Part shown: positions 18,301 to 25,369 of the stretch, one piece after another | Numbering within the stretch: the first letter of the stretch is position 1 | Layout of the letters: every line of letters begins with the position of its first letter | Origin: a virus | Lineage: Duplodnaviria; Caudoviricetes | DNA: 25,724 nucleotides | Virus record (IMG/VR): IMGVR_UViG_3300032243_000057 | Span: 1-25,724 of that record | Reading direction: 5' to 3' (one strand) | The notes under the pieces: generated by a model | What the model was told of the DNA's origin: nothing | The model's input: only the letters and a program-made list of their open reading frames with translations | Databases searched by the model: none | Program-made: the position numbers and the translations under genes

Positions 18301-21300
18301 TTATTTAACTCACCCATGCGGCGAGTTTGGCTGGCATCCAGTGCACGCTTGACCGGAGGACGTTCTCCGACTTTGACTTCTTTGGCTGGTTCTGGACGAA
18401 TGCCTGTAGCAATTTCTTCCAGCTCGGCTTTTGCATCGTTAATTGCGCGTGCCAGCTTTTGATTTGCTTTTTCCAAGTCTTGGCCTTCTTCAGCCTTGGC
18501 TTGTTGGGTATCAACAGCGGGTTTTTCAACTTTGCCTTCTTGTTCTTCCATCAGCTTGTTGTAGCTGGTGGTTAAAGCCTGCACGCGGTTTTCCAATTCG
18601 CCCTTGCGTTTGGCCGTGCCGTGTTTACCTTTGATAGCCTCCATTTCTTTTTTGGCTTCGGAAATGCGGCGTAGTAATTCTTGGGCGTAATTGATGGGGT
18701 GCTGTTCAACGCGTTTAACTTCTTGGCCTTCGCGCTTAAATTTAATTTTGCCTTCTGGCGTAGTCTTAACGCTTTCTTTGGGAGACAAACCATCAATGAT
18801 TTTGTTCAGTTCCTCAAAGATTACTTCTTCAGCACGAGCTGGCGCAGCAAATGGGCGCTCTCTTAATGTGCGCACATCTCGATCAAAAGTTGTGTATTCA
18901 ACGTGCTTTTGTTTGACTTCTTGCAAAGTCTTGACCAGCGCATCGGTAACGCCTGAATCTTGTTTGGCCAAATCTAACAAAGGTTTTTGAACTTCTTTGA
19001 ATTTGAGCATGGCCGCTTCGCGTGCATCGTATTGGCGGCGTTGTTCTTCAGTGCCGTTGGGGTTACCTTCGGGCATGGCTTTGTAAGCTTTCTCATACGG
19101 GTCAACAAACTTTTTAAGGCGCTCCATGCGAGAACGCAAATCAACTAAACGGTTTGTCAGTTGATCTATACGTTTGCTGTATTTTTTAAACGCGGCAGCA
19201 TTCTTACCTTTAACTTCTTGCCAAAAACCTCGCCATTTCAAGGCACCATCTTCATAGTGTTCTTTTTCAAGCGTTTGTGTTATGCCAACATTTGGTTTGA
19301 CTATGCGCCCAGTAACTTTTTCGGTCTCTGTGGTTTTGCCAGCCATACTACGAGTAATTAACTCGTTGATAAGTTTTTGTAATTCTGTGCGAGCTTGTTC
19401 AACTTGATCTTTGCTAAGCGGTGTAACACCTTGAGCAGCGCGGCGATGCCCGGCAGTTTTGAGTGCCGCTTCAATATATTTTTGGCCAAGGTCTTCAGCG
19501 CTTTTTCTATCAACGGGGTGCGGCTCCACGCCCTCTTGATTTACTTGGCGATTGATGTCTTCCAACCGTGTGAGCAAATTGTTGTAGTACGTTTTTTGCA
19601 GGGCTTCTTGTTGTTTAGCAGCCACCATGTGGTTGCTGGCTGTTAAGTCAGCTTCTGCTTCCGGTATTTTGGCTTGAACAATATCAGCGCGTTGCTGTGT
19701 ACCTGTCTCGCGTATGTGTTGTAACAAACGATTAACTTCTTCAGCTTGAACATCGCGGCGAAGTTGTTCCAACGTTTCGGGACGTAGCTTGCCATTAACG
19801 TCGTACAAAGAGTCTTCTGTTGGGTGCGCAGCAGCAAACGCATCACGTTCTGCTTTGTGCTTTTCCATCTTTTGGCGAAGAATAGTTTCCGCTGCCTTGG
19901 CTTGGTTTGTATTTGTTAAATCAAGGTTAGCGTTACCAAGCCCGGTTAAACCCAATGTTTTACGAACACCCGCATTAACAACACCACTATCAATTGCTTC
20001 AGTAACGTCTTTGTTAATTTGTTTGCGCAATGAATCTAAGTACTGTTCTGGATACAGCGTCATGCTCTTGGCAATGTCACGTTCATCTAAACTACGTTGA
20101 TACTCTTCTTCTTGCTGCACCATCAGTTCGTCTGCTGATGGTTTTGTCTTTAGAGCTTCTAAACGTTCGCGGCTTTTTGCAGTGCCGCGCTCACCTTGGT
20201 ATGTACTCTCAAGGTCTTCGAGTTCAGCTTTATCTTGTTGGGTTTCATAACCCGGAGCAAACAAATCCATCTGCTCTTTGGGTACTGCCTCAACGCTTGT
20301 AGCAGGAGCGGCTTCGCTGCGCACCTTGTCGCGCATAGCAAAATTCTTTTGGTTCCATGCATGCAACTGTTCTGCGTACTTGGCCGCAGCTTCAAAGTCA
20401 CCTTTTTCTTCCGCTTCTTTGCGTTTGGCATCAGCCACATCAGGATCAAACTCTGGGCCAGCCAGCTTGTCAACTTGTTTGTACAAGTCTTTGGTAACGT
20501 CAGTTGTTTTTTTAATTTGCCCAAGTTGACGGTTAAGCGTTGCCACTCTATCCATTTGGTTGGTTTGTGCGGCTGCATCACGTTGAGCTGTCAATAAAGG
20601 AAGAACGCGGTCTTGCTCCTCCATATCCCGCGTCAACTTTTGTTTTGTGGCGGCAAGAATCTCTGTTGGATCTAACCCTTGCAAACTTTCGGCAGGGATG
20701 TCAGCTTTTGTTGCCAACGCAACTGCATTTTTTTGCAACTGTGCTTGTGGCAGCAAAGAGTATTGACCTTGCACAGTCTCGTCGCCCATTGCGGAAAGCA
20801 ACGTAGGCTCACCTTTTTCAAGAGCGGCTTTTTCTGCGGCAGCTTTTTTACGCGCTTCTTGTTCAGCGTCGTATTCAGTTTTGCTGCGCTCAAGGTCTTT
20901 CTTAAGCAGTAAAGCTTCGGCTTTGCTTTTTTCACCACCGCGCTCAATAAATCTACCAACAGGAGAAATTGCTCCGCCAAGGATTGCGCCGCCTACAAAA
21001 TTGTCAAAGTATTCCTGACGTGCTTGAGGGTCGGTGATACTGAGTCCAGCTTGAGCACGTTCAAAAACTTGTTGGGCTGCTTCGGTCAAACCTTCCACAC
21101 CCATTGTTTTACCGGTGGCTTTGACGTAATCGGCTGCTTTTTGTTTTAGCGTTTGGCTAAGTAAAGCTTGGGCTTCTGCTTCAGTCAATTCTTTACCCGC
21201 CACGCCCAAAATTTTTCTAAGGCCGGGAATAAATCTCAAGCCAACAACGTCCAGCGCCGCTTGTGGAACGGCAGCAAGTGCTGCTTTTGTGCCGCTGGTT

Positions 21301-21812
21301 TCTGCTAGGGATTTACCCTCATCTACGTTACGTCCTAAATTAGTAGCAAAAAACTGTGCGGCGGAAGGCGCTCCAGCAGCAAGCATCCCAGCAGCAACAC
21401 TTCCGGGAATAGCTAACTCAGCCGCAGCACCAGCAACTGCGGGAGCCACCATGTATGGCAAAGACGAACCAGCCAGTTCTTTGAGTTTTGTAAAAGGCGC
21501 TTGGCCCCACGTTTCTTCGGTGGGTTTGTATATTTTTTCGGCTGCTTCTTTTTGTTGTTTATAGTATTTTTCAGCAGCAGGGAGTTCCATGAGGCCCAGC
21601 TTGCCAGCGGCAAGTGCGCCTTGGCCTTTCATTTCCTCATACGTGCCCCGCATGGCAGGGAAGAAACCCGTTTCTGGTTTGGCTTCTTGTGTTTGTATTT
21701 TGGGGAAAGAATTGGGAAAGTCCCGCTGAGCACGCGCCCATGTTTGCTCAGGCGTTTCACCCTCTCGAATCGTTACCGAGTTGCCGTCGGGCAGTGTGAG
21801 GTATTTAGCCAT
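12330..21812 (-). CDS. Giant (3160 aa) internal virion/DNA-ejection protein; large polyvalent protein with zincin-like motif and LPD38-like C-terminus
   Basis: Uninterrupted 9.5-kb ORF. N-terminal LPDG motif and Ala/Gly hydrophobic helices; long K/E/A coiled-coil middle; TLIHEAIGHYG (15411-15428) with downstream EMIAH; C-terminal IPFFNA.VQ, IPFEIGYLFK.LPE, PQAVKPLVE, FYTGR, SP..VENLIRSY as in LPD38-type proteins. Confidence 0.85.
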   Translation of the reverse strand: MAKYLTLPDGNSVTIREGETPEQTWARAQRDFPNSFPKIQTQEAKPETGFFPAMRGTYEEMKGQGALAAGKLGLMELPAAEKYYKQQKEAAEKIYKPTEETWGQAPFTKLKELAGSSLPYMVAPAVAGAAAELAIPGSVAAGMLAAGAPSAAQFFATNLGRNVDEGKSLAETSGTKAALAAVPQAALDVVGLRFIPGLRKILGVAGKELTEAEAQALLSQTLKQKAADYVKATGKTMGVEGLTEAAQQVFERAQAGLSITDPQARQEYFDNFVGGAILGGAISPVGRFIERGGEKSKAEALLLKKDLERSKTEYDAEQEARKKAAAEKAALEKGEPTLLSAMGDETVQGQYSLLPQAQLQKNAVALATKADIPAESLQGLDPTEILAATKQKLTRDMEEQDRVLPLLTAQRDAAAQTNQMDRVATLNRQLGQIKKTTDVTKDLYKQVDKLAGPEFDPDVADAKRKEAEEKGDFEAAAKYAEQLHAWNQKNFAMRDKVRSEAAPATSVEAVPKEQMDLFAPGYETQQDKAELEDLESTYQGERGTAKSRERLEALKTKPSADELMVQQEEEYQRSLDERDIAKSMTLYPEQYLDSLRKQINKDVTEAIDSGVVNAGVRKTLGLTGLGNANLDLTNTNQAKAAETILRQKMEKHKAERDAFAAAHPTEDSLYDVNGKLRPETLEQLRRDVQAEEVNRLLQHIRETGTQQRADIVQAKIPEAEADLTASNHMVAAKQQEALQKTYYNNLLTRLEDINRQVNQEGVEPHPVDRKSAEDLGQKYIEAALKTAGHRRAAQGVTPLSKDQVEQARTELQKLINELITRSMAGKTTETEKVTGRIVKPNVGITQTLEKEHYEDGALKWRGFWQEVKGKNAAAFKKYSKRIDQLTNRLVDLRSRMERLKKFVDPYEKAYKAMPEGNPNGTEEQRRQYDAREAAMLKFKEVQKPLLDLAKQDSGVTDALVKTLQEVKQKHVEYTTFDRDVRTLRERPFAAPARAEEVIFEELNKIIDGLSPKESVKTTPEGKIKFKREGQEVKRVEQHPINYAQELLRRISEAKKEMEAIKGKHGTAKRKGELENRVQALTTSYNKLMEEQEGKVEKPAVDTQQAKAEEGQDLEKANQKLARAINDAKAELEEIATGIRPEPAKEVKVGERPPVKRALDASQTRRMGELNKQLNQLESEYTKNNARLKELGMYGVPGGVDFETRDMFEQAPEMGVIFDTPEQYLGSAKSGKISKLRKQLRDVQTPTPITVEELQGARTDYVAAQEAYAKLRKMAPAKANMEAYYDALRFHYENAAYKLEKSANFAKLPEDSPYKIEVAQLKEKIKKVEAKRKAWRDMRAKMAEFPETAEAFKEADAEALAAAEEAVETARKNMEEADSRARRNGVIYPEAVAPEPGAVVAEAPAATLEKQIKDANKVWYDLKDSGASAEEIADAKNKLTGLQTKKSMQTFAGRLRVMRDNLASQLYVSPTDPLSTALGRAQANLDKWRKSIDTQDKELKQYNDWLAEFNQTLADLEAAPAPTNATAWHNYYLDVVETQEKIEAHIKNIENRKAALVNAEKEQLGMFLMADKEIKKTWEDLKSLENKLTGSQTNEFNALAKRRADLMAAQQVLQDAKDAAAQKTKDFEQRIGEGLNLPGTKVTQIKALSKEGKAAASLQWKTNAWEGGPSFEVQTTNPGWTVAYTGQGPVFNYDPAKDPDATDTEKAAKNQTYKKAYDNLKKARNALAKAEGRKVSKAGVVSLGTDEQIGIAKVNLERAEKRMEDLAGARKVTVKELTGEPITTFDLLIEKEQDALGTMTKPDQKKYFAQRAEQERLRKEIDRNMKLVGQTDLSNIRKAVREAKEALGKENLKINELKSLWESGYAPYKRAVHDAKLAALENATKPLQDRVTALEEKLGPMEKANEEKINKLRDGYIVAKKTADAMIGIVPEERIRAERVTKAENVKDLAATSRTLAVQEAKGADIKPLSKRNQQLRSATSDEFKAISNAKKLAKHDRLVTMHPKGSVAYDNALKEVTRGYMNRFMEVEDDPDIGDTVFRIEGNPPANPVDPVAAQKAAMEYARGLPKDVKFVYAPTMLEAPAKFLKALLKNKVDVEKAAVKGGVLPDGTIVIIGNMHTSLADLEETLIHEAIGHYGVDMVLGPKGMAELTRNIRTADGGIFGMAQALGVEADVVQVARGYENLAVEQEKEGNPEKATELRRLGEIQAVREMIAHLQERVVNESLVQKAGRYLQIVLGAIRKILKGMGLVNTANVNTSELYHTLFQASRKMQQEYAGTYMSPTGLLSLRAEYAADFADAGRYSDRLTAKNKTWWDGVKANFTGLGFETQFVDRFGGWERLAQAMDSLKGRQMMYYFRMYDQRQNFVSQAVQRGALKIVEKTRKDGQIERLIEANDGASIRGVVNILKQAEGVVGNSVAVNRLFTMYMSAIRADNKGFDTLHFGKELTKTGLDRARAQVENNPKVFKIFESARKEYNAYNRGMIDFLLSTKSIDAKTHANLLAQDDYIPWYRQRGGVVELVIGSETPIRIGDVANQPHLDKLVGGDEAILDFLTSSVQNTGMLADMGMRNLATKNAVYEMVELGLAKIGKGRGTGTNVIQFTDMNKDGQLADLHAVLLTDKVGLDPDILVKGMEGIPTQLSGIMKMMAFPATVLRKAVTLSPVYMAKQIFRDSFAASIASGANTIPVMSALKEIRIGSGKTKDTLERRGITGGQMFTGGTEEITNVLNRMLANKTVSWQGAIGALEAMNMEADAATRRSQYNSYIKQGMSEMEATLMALESMNFNKRGASPSVHWLNSMIPFFNAQVQSLNVLYKSITGKMPHNEKLKIQQKLFIRGAMLAASSMMYAALMQDDKAYKNATPDQKYGNWFIRIPGMEEPLRLSIPFEIGYLFKALPEALYNSMVDEHGGEEAVKAFNTILLSLIPGGSNMPTFMYDNKYKVALPMPIPQAVKPLVEFSLGKSFYTGRDLLSEHEKKLKPEAQFRQDTTDIAKLFGQFGLSPILVENLIRSYTTALPLALGQAILTGTGAVDDKGPERATLRPSESKVYGMLFQPEDAGAIIDRVYQRMNQFEAAKATYKDYIDRGYYDKAEETLNKFTTEIALAETATKFQNEMRKATKMEVAVRAADMPPDEKSELLKAIRQQKIDYARINEQALDEIERQ

Positions 21813-21831
21813 TTGCGGATCTTACCCTATG

Positions 21832-23799
21832 TCAGTCAAGCACTTTGCCAGCTGGTTTGTCGCTGACGCTTCCTTGTAATAGACGTTCTTGCAGTTTGCG
21901 ATCTTTAAGGGCTGACCCCATTGGATCCATCTTACGTGCCAACATCTTGTCGGCTTCTGATTTTTTGCTCCAGTCAAGGATGTCGGCTTCGATGCCTTTG
22001 GCTTCTGGGCCTAAGCTTTCGGAATACAGTTTCATGCCTTTGATAGCTTCTGGATTGGTGGCAAGCTGTTTGTAGAAACCCAAGCTGCCAGCCGAAGGAT
22101 TGTCGCGTTTGTACTTTGCTTCCAACGCCGCCAAACCCAAGTGGGTTCTGTTTTGCATAGCCGCAATATCACGCTGATTGCCCATTTGTGCGTAGGCAGT
22201 GTCAATACCAGCGGCGGTTGACTGGTTGTGGATGTTTGCAGATGTTGTCTGTTCTGCATTGAACCTGTCCAGCATGTAGCTGTTGTTTACAAACGCCAAG
22301 CCTTCGTTGTGCTTTAAGCCGTATTGCTCTCGCATCAGGTTCAAAGAAGCTTGAGCACCAGCACTTACAGCGTCATTCACATCTTTCTTTGCAAGGCGTA
22401 ATTCACGCGCGTTCATGTTGGCTTCGTTGCGACGGAATTCTTCAATCTTCATCTTAGCGTCGTCAATCTTATCCCGTGCGTTTTCAACTTGGTTCTGAAT
22501 TTCCATGTATTTTTTAGTGCCTACTTGCGCACCCTTACCAATATTGACCATTGCGTATGGACTGTCGCCAGACATCATTGCCAAGCCAGCTTCGAACATG
22601 GACATGCCTAATTGTTTGTCTTCCATGCTTTGAACACGGGCTTCTTTTGCTGTCAGCTTCTCAAGCGTGCTTTTAAACGCCTCGCCTTGATTTTTAAACT
22701 GCTCTGCTAAATCATCTGCGTATTTTTGACGCGATTCAATATTTGCTTTATTGACCTCAGACTGCTGCGCGGCTAAAGGACTTTCCGTTGGGTTTGGCCC
22801 CATAGCCGCAGCCAACCTGTCCGCCATATCTTTGGGCGTGGCGTTTGCTAGTTGTGGTGCAGTAACGTCGTATCTTTTAGCGTCTAACGTAGTTTTAGCG
22901 CCGCCGCCTGTTTGAGAACCTTTAAGCAGCTTGTTGATGCCTGCCATGTAATCATCTTCGGCGGTTGGGGGTGGAGCACCCGTTGTTTGCGCTGTAGTAA
23001 GTGGGGGTATTCCGGGCGGAGTCATACCCGGCAATGCTTTAACGCCTGCGTAAGTGGTTGCGGGGGCTGGAAGCTGGCTGTCTTTTGTGAAGCTGGCTTC
23101 GCCGCGTTTTATTTGCCCCGTAATTTTGTCTTTTACAAACTGAGACATTGCCATATTTCGAGCGTCTGGCGATAGTTTTTTGCCTCCCTGTGCTTCAAGT
23201 TCTGCAACTTTTCTAGCAGCGTAATCTTCGGGGCTCTCGTTTAATATGGTTTGTGCAGCAGCTTTCCGGCTATCTATGTCAGCTTGCGTTGGAGCATTTA
23301 CAAGTGAATTTGCGTTAATGATGCCTACGGGTGGTTTTTGTGTTTGCGCTTGTGTTTGCGCACGTTGTTGAGCCAACAACTTTCTTCTCTGCATTTCTGC
23401 GGGATCGGTTGTGTATGTGTCACCAAAAAAGTTGCCGTCAAAATATCCGGGCACGTCCCCACCCTTATCAAACGCAACAATCCCACCCTCTGCCATACGA
23501 CGCATGTTTTGAGCAGGGAGTTTTCCAATACCGGTGTCTTCTGGCAATGGCTGAGCACCCGTCACATTACCCATAGGATCAACTGCTGCCATGTCAGAAA
23601 TTTGTTGATCGACCACTTTAGGCTGCGGCATCATTCCAGCTTGGCCATCTTTGCTGGCCATCATTTGTTTTTTCTGGTTTGCAATAGACAGCGCCAATGT
23701 CACAATGTAAGGATCGTTTTTGTGCAGCGCAGCATATTGCTGCAACTGCGGCAACTGCATGCGGGACATCGTATCAGTGAGGGTTTTTACATTAAGCAT
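21832..23799 (-). CDS. Putative internal virion/DNA-ejection protein (655 aa)
   Basis: Q/A/M/K-rich and helical; hydrophobic GMSMFEAGLAMMSG..P...NIGKG segment; located between a pilot-like gene and the giant gene. Confidence 0.7.
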   Translation of the reverse strand: MLNVKTLTDTMSRMQLPQLQQYAALHKNDPYIVTLALSIANQKKQMMASKDGQAGMMPQPKVVDQQISDMAAVDPMGNVTGAQPLPEDTGIGKLPAQNMRRMAEGGIVAFDKGGDVPGYFDGNFFGDTYTTDPAEMQRRKLLAQQRAQTQAQTQKPPVGIINANSLVNAPTQADIDSRKAAAQTILNESPEDYAARKVAELEAQGGKKLSPDARNMAMSQFVKDKITGQIKRGEASFTKDSQLPAPATTYAGVKALPGMTPPGIPPLTTAQTTGAPPPTAEDDYMAGINKLLKGSQTGGGAKTTLDAKRYDVTAPQLANATPKDMADRLAAAMGPNPTESPLAAQQSEVNKANIESRQKYADDLAEQFKNQGEAFKSTLEKLTAKEARVQSMEDKQLGMSMFEAGLAMMSGDSPYAMVNIGKGAQVGTKKYMEIQNQVENARDKIDDAKMKIEEFRRNEANMNARELRLAKKDVNDAVSAGAQASLNLMREQYGLKHNEGLAFVNNSYMLDRFNAEQTTSANIHNQSTAAGIDTAYAQMGNQRDIAAMQNRTHLGLAALEAKYKRDNPSAGSLGFYKQLATNPEAIKGMKLYSESLGPEAKGIEADILDWSKKSEADKMLARKMDPMGSALKDRKLQERLLQGSVSDKPAGKVLD

Positions 23800-23808
23800 G
23801 AGTGTTCC

Positions 23809-24963
23809 TTACTGCATTTTCATCAGGGCCAACTCAGCTAAACCGGCTGGTTGTTTTTCTTTGATCTTGCCGCCTTTGGCTTTGCCAGCAATTGCACCTG
23901 TGCCGCCGAGACCACCAAGTTGAGACAGTCCGTATGCTGCCGTACCCAAACCAGCAAGTTGGGATATTGGGCTAGGCGCTGCTTGATACACCTGCGTGGT
24001 TGCTGACTGCATAGGTAGACCACGTGTCAACGCGCTCATGTTGGCCAACTGCATCATCGGGTATTGTTGTGCAGTAGCATAGTCTTGGATCTGTTGGTTG
24101 ATCTTTGCTTGCTCTGCCGCTTGTTGCTGTGCGCCGTACTGGTTTTGCAACTGGTTAATACCCATCTGCTGGCCATATACGTTTTGGCCAAGTTGACCCA
24201 ACTGGCCTGCGGCTTGCAAACCTGTCTGCAATCCTTGCATACCAAGAGAAGCGCCAAATTGTTGTTGACCAATATTGGCTTGTTGGGCTTGCATACGTGC
24301 AGCTTGATCGGCGTTGAACTGCTGTTGCGCGTTTGTGTATGCGGTATTGAGGCCTTGGGCTTGGATTGCACCTTGTTGGGTAGCCAATGCGCGGTTTGCT
24401 TCGGCATCAGTAACAGCTTGTCTAGATCCACCAAAAGCCCCCGACTGTACCGCCTGTGCATTACGCCCTGTTGTTGCAATATCCGCTTGGCGTTGAGCCG
24501 CTTGTTGTTGTATATCCACTACATTTTGCATGTAGGGATTCATGTACTGGTCAGCTTGTTGTTGGCCAAACTGCTGTGAGTATGCGCCCATTGGGTTGTA
24601 CTGTGTACCTAACCCACCCAAACCAGCAGCACCGGCCATGCCAGCGGCCATGCCTGTTTCCGGCGTGACTTGCATATTTGCAGCTTGTTGCTGCGCCCGT
24701 TGTTGCATGGGAGAAAACCCAGCAAAGTAGTCGTTGGGGTTAGTGCTGAAAGGCTTGTAGGGCTTGATGCTTGTGCCGTCAGCATTAAAAATCTCACCTT
24801 GGGCCGCGCCAAGCATTTGCTCAACGTACGGTTGCGCGTACTCAGGTATGTTTGAGGTTTGTGAGTATGTGGTGTTTGGCCCAGAACTACTTCCGCCACC
24901 GCCCATATACATGATGAACTGCTGACCAGTCAGCCAGTGAAATAGGTTCTTGACAATATTCAT
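23809..24963 (-). CDS. Putative DNA pilot/ejection protein (P22 gp7-like position), Gln/Gly/Ala-rich
   Basis: Leader followed by GGGGSS, IPEYAQPY, YMNPY, SGAFGGSR, C-terminal SQLAGLGTAAYGL hydrophobic segment; GAGGA SD and ATGA coupling to the GNAT-like gene. Confidence 0.75.
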   Translation of the reverse strand: MNIVKNLFHWLTGQQFIMYMGGGGSSSGPNTTYSQTSNIPEYAQPYVEQMLGAAQGEIFNADGTSIKPYKPFSTNPNDYFAGFSPMQQRAQQQAANMQVTPETGMAAGMAGAAGLGGLGTQYNPMGAYSQQFGQQQADQYMNPYMQNVVDIQQQAAQRQADIATTGRNAQAVQSGAFGGSRQAVTDAEANRALATQQGAIQAQGLNTAYTNAQQQFNADQAARMQAQQANIGQQQFGASLGMQGLQTGLQAAGQLGQLGQNVYGQQMGINQLQNQYGAQQQAAEQAKINQQIQDYATAQQYPMMQLANMSALTRGLPMQSATTQVYQAAPSPISQLAGLGTAAYGLSQLGGLGGTGAIAGKAKGGKIKEKQPAGLAELALMKMQ

Positions 24964-25367
24964 ATCTTCATCCTCATTACATGATGGGTTTCTTCCATTC
25001 CCATCTTTTTATACATGGGAACCAGTTCATCACGACACCAACACTGGGCTACCGTGGCTCCGTTAGCTTTCATCCAACCTATCAATTCTTGCAATACGTG
25101 CGGTTTTACTACGCTTTTACCGCCAAGCAAAGTGCCGTGACCGGCACGGTATCTTGGATAATCAATAAACTCAACCACCGCTGCGCCGGTAATACCTTCT
25201 TCAGGTTCATCCCACACCAACAAAAACATTTTGCCTATGCGTATGGCGTACTCCACCTGCTCAATGGTCATGAAGTCAGGCTCAGTGTCAATACTTTTTT
25301 GCAAAAGTGGGGCGGCTTTATCCCATACAAGTGGGAGTTGCGTTGGGGGAATGTGGTAAAGCGGCAT
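24960..25367 (-). CDS. GNAT-fold acyltransferase-like virion morphogenesis protein (positional analogue of T7 gp13 / P22 gp14)
   Basis: Size 135 aa; pattern W....P.L..S...LLVW...GAAVVEF..YP......LLGG...W.KANGA......R....MYKKMG fits GNAT topology; sits directly before the ejection genes. Confidence 0.6.
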   Translation of the reverse strand: MPLYHIPPTQLPLVWDKAAPLLQKSIDTEPDFMTIEQVEYAIRIGKMFLLVWDEPEEGITGAAVVEFIDYPRYRAGHGTLLGGKSVVKPHVLQELIGWMKANGATVAQCWCRDELVPMYKKMGMEETHHVMRMKI

Positions 25368-25369
25368 GT

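Noticed and set aside
23338-23361. 12-nt tandem duplication TTGTGTTTGCGC x2 (encodes AQTQAQTQ)
   Set aside because: In-frame micro-duplication in a low-complexity linker; no sign of function.
12333-24855. Numerous + strand ORFs antisense to the virion genes
   Set aside because: Shadow ORFs: Phe/Leu/Ser-rich mirrors of Lys/Glu/Ala codons, with no SD or motifs noticed.
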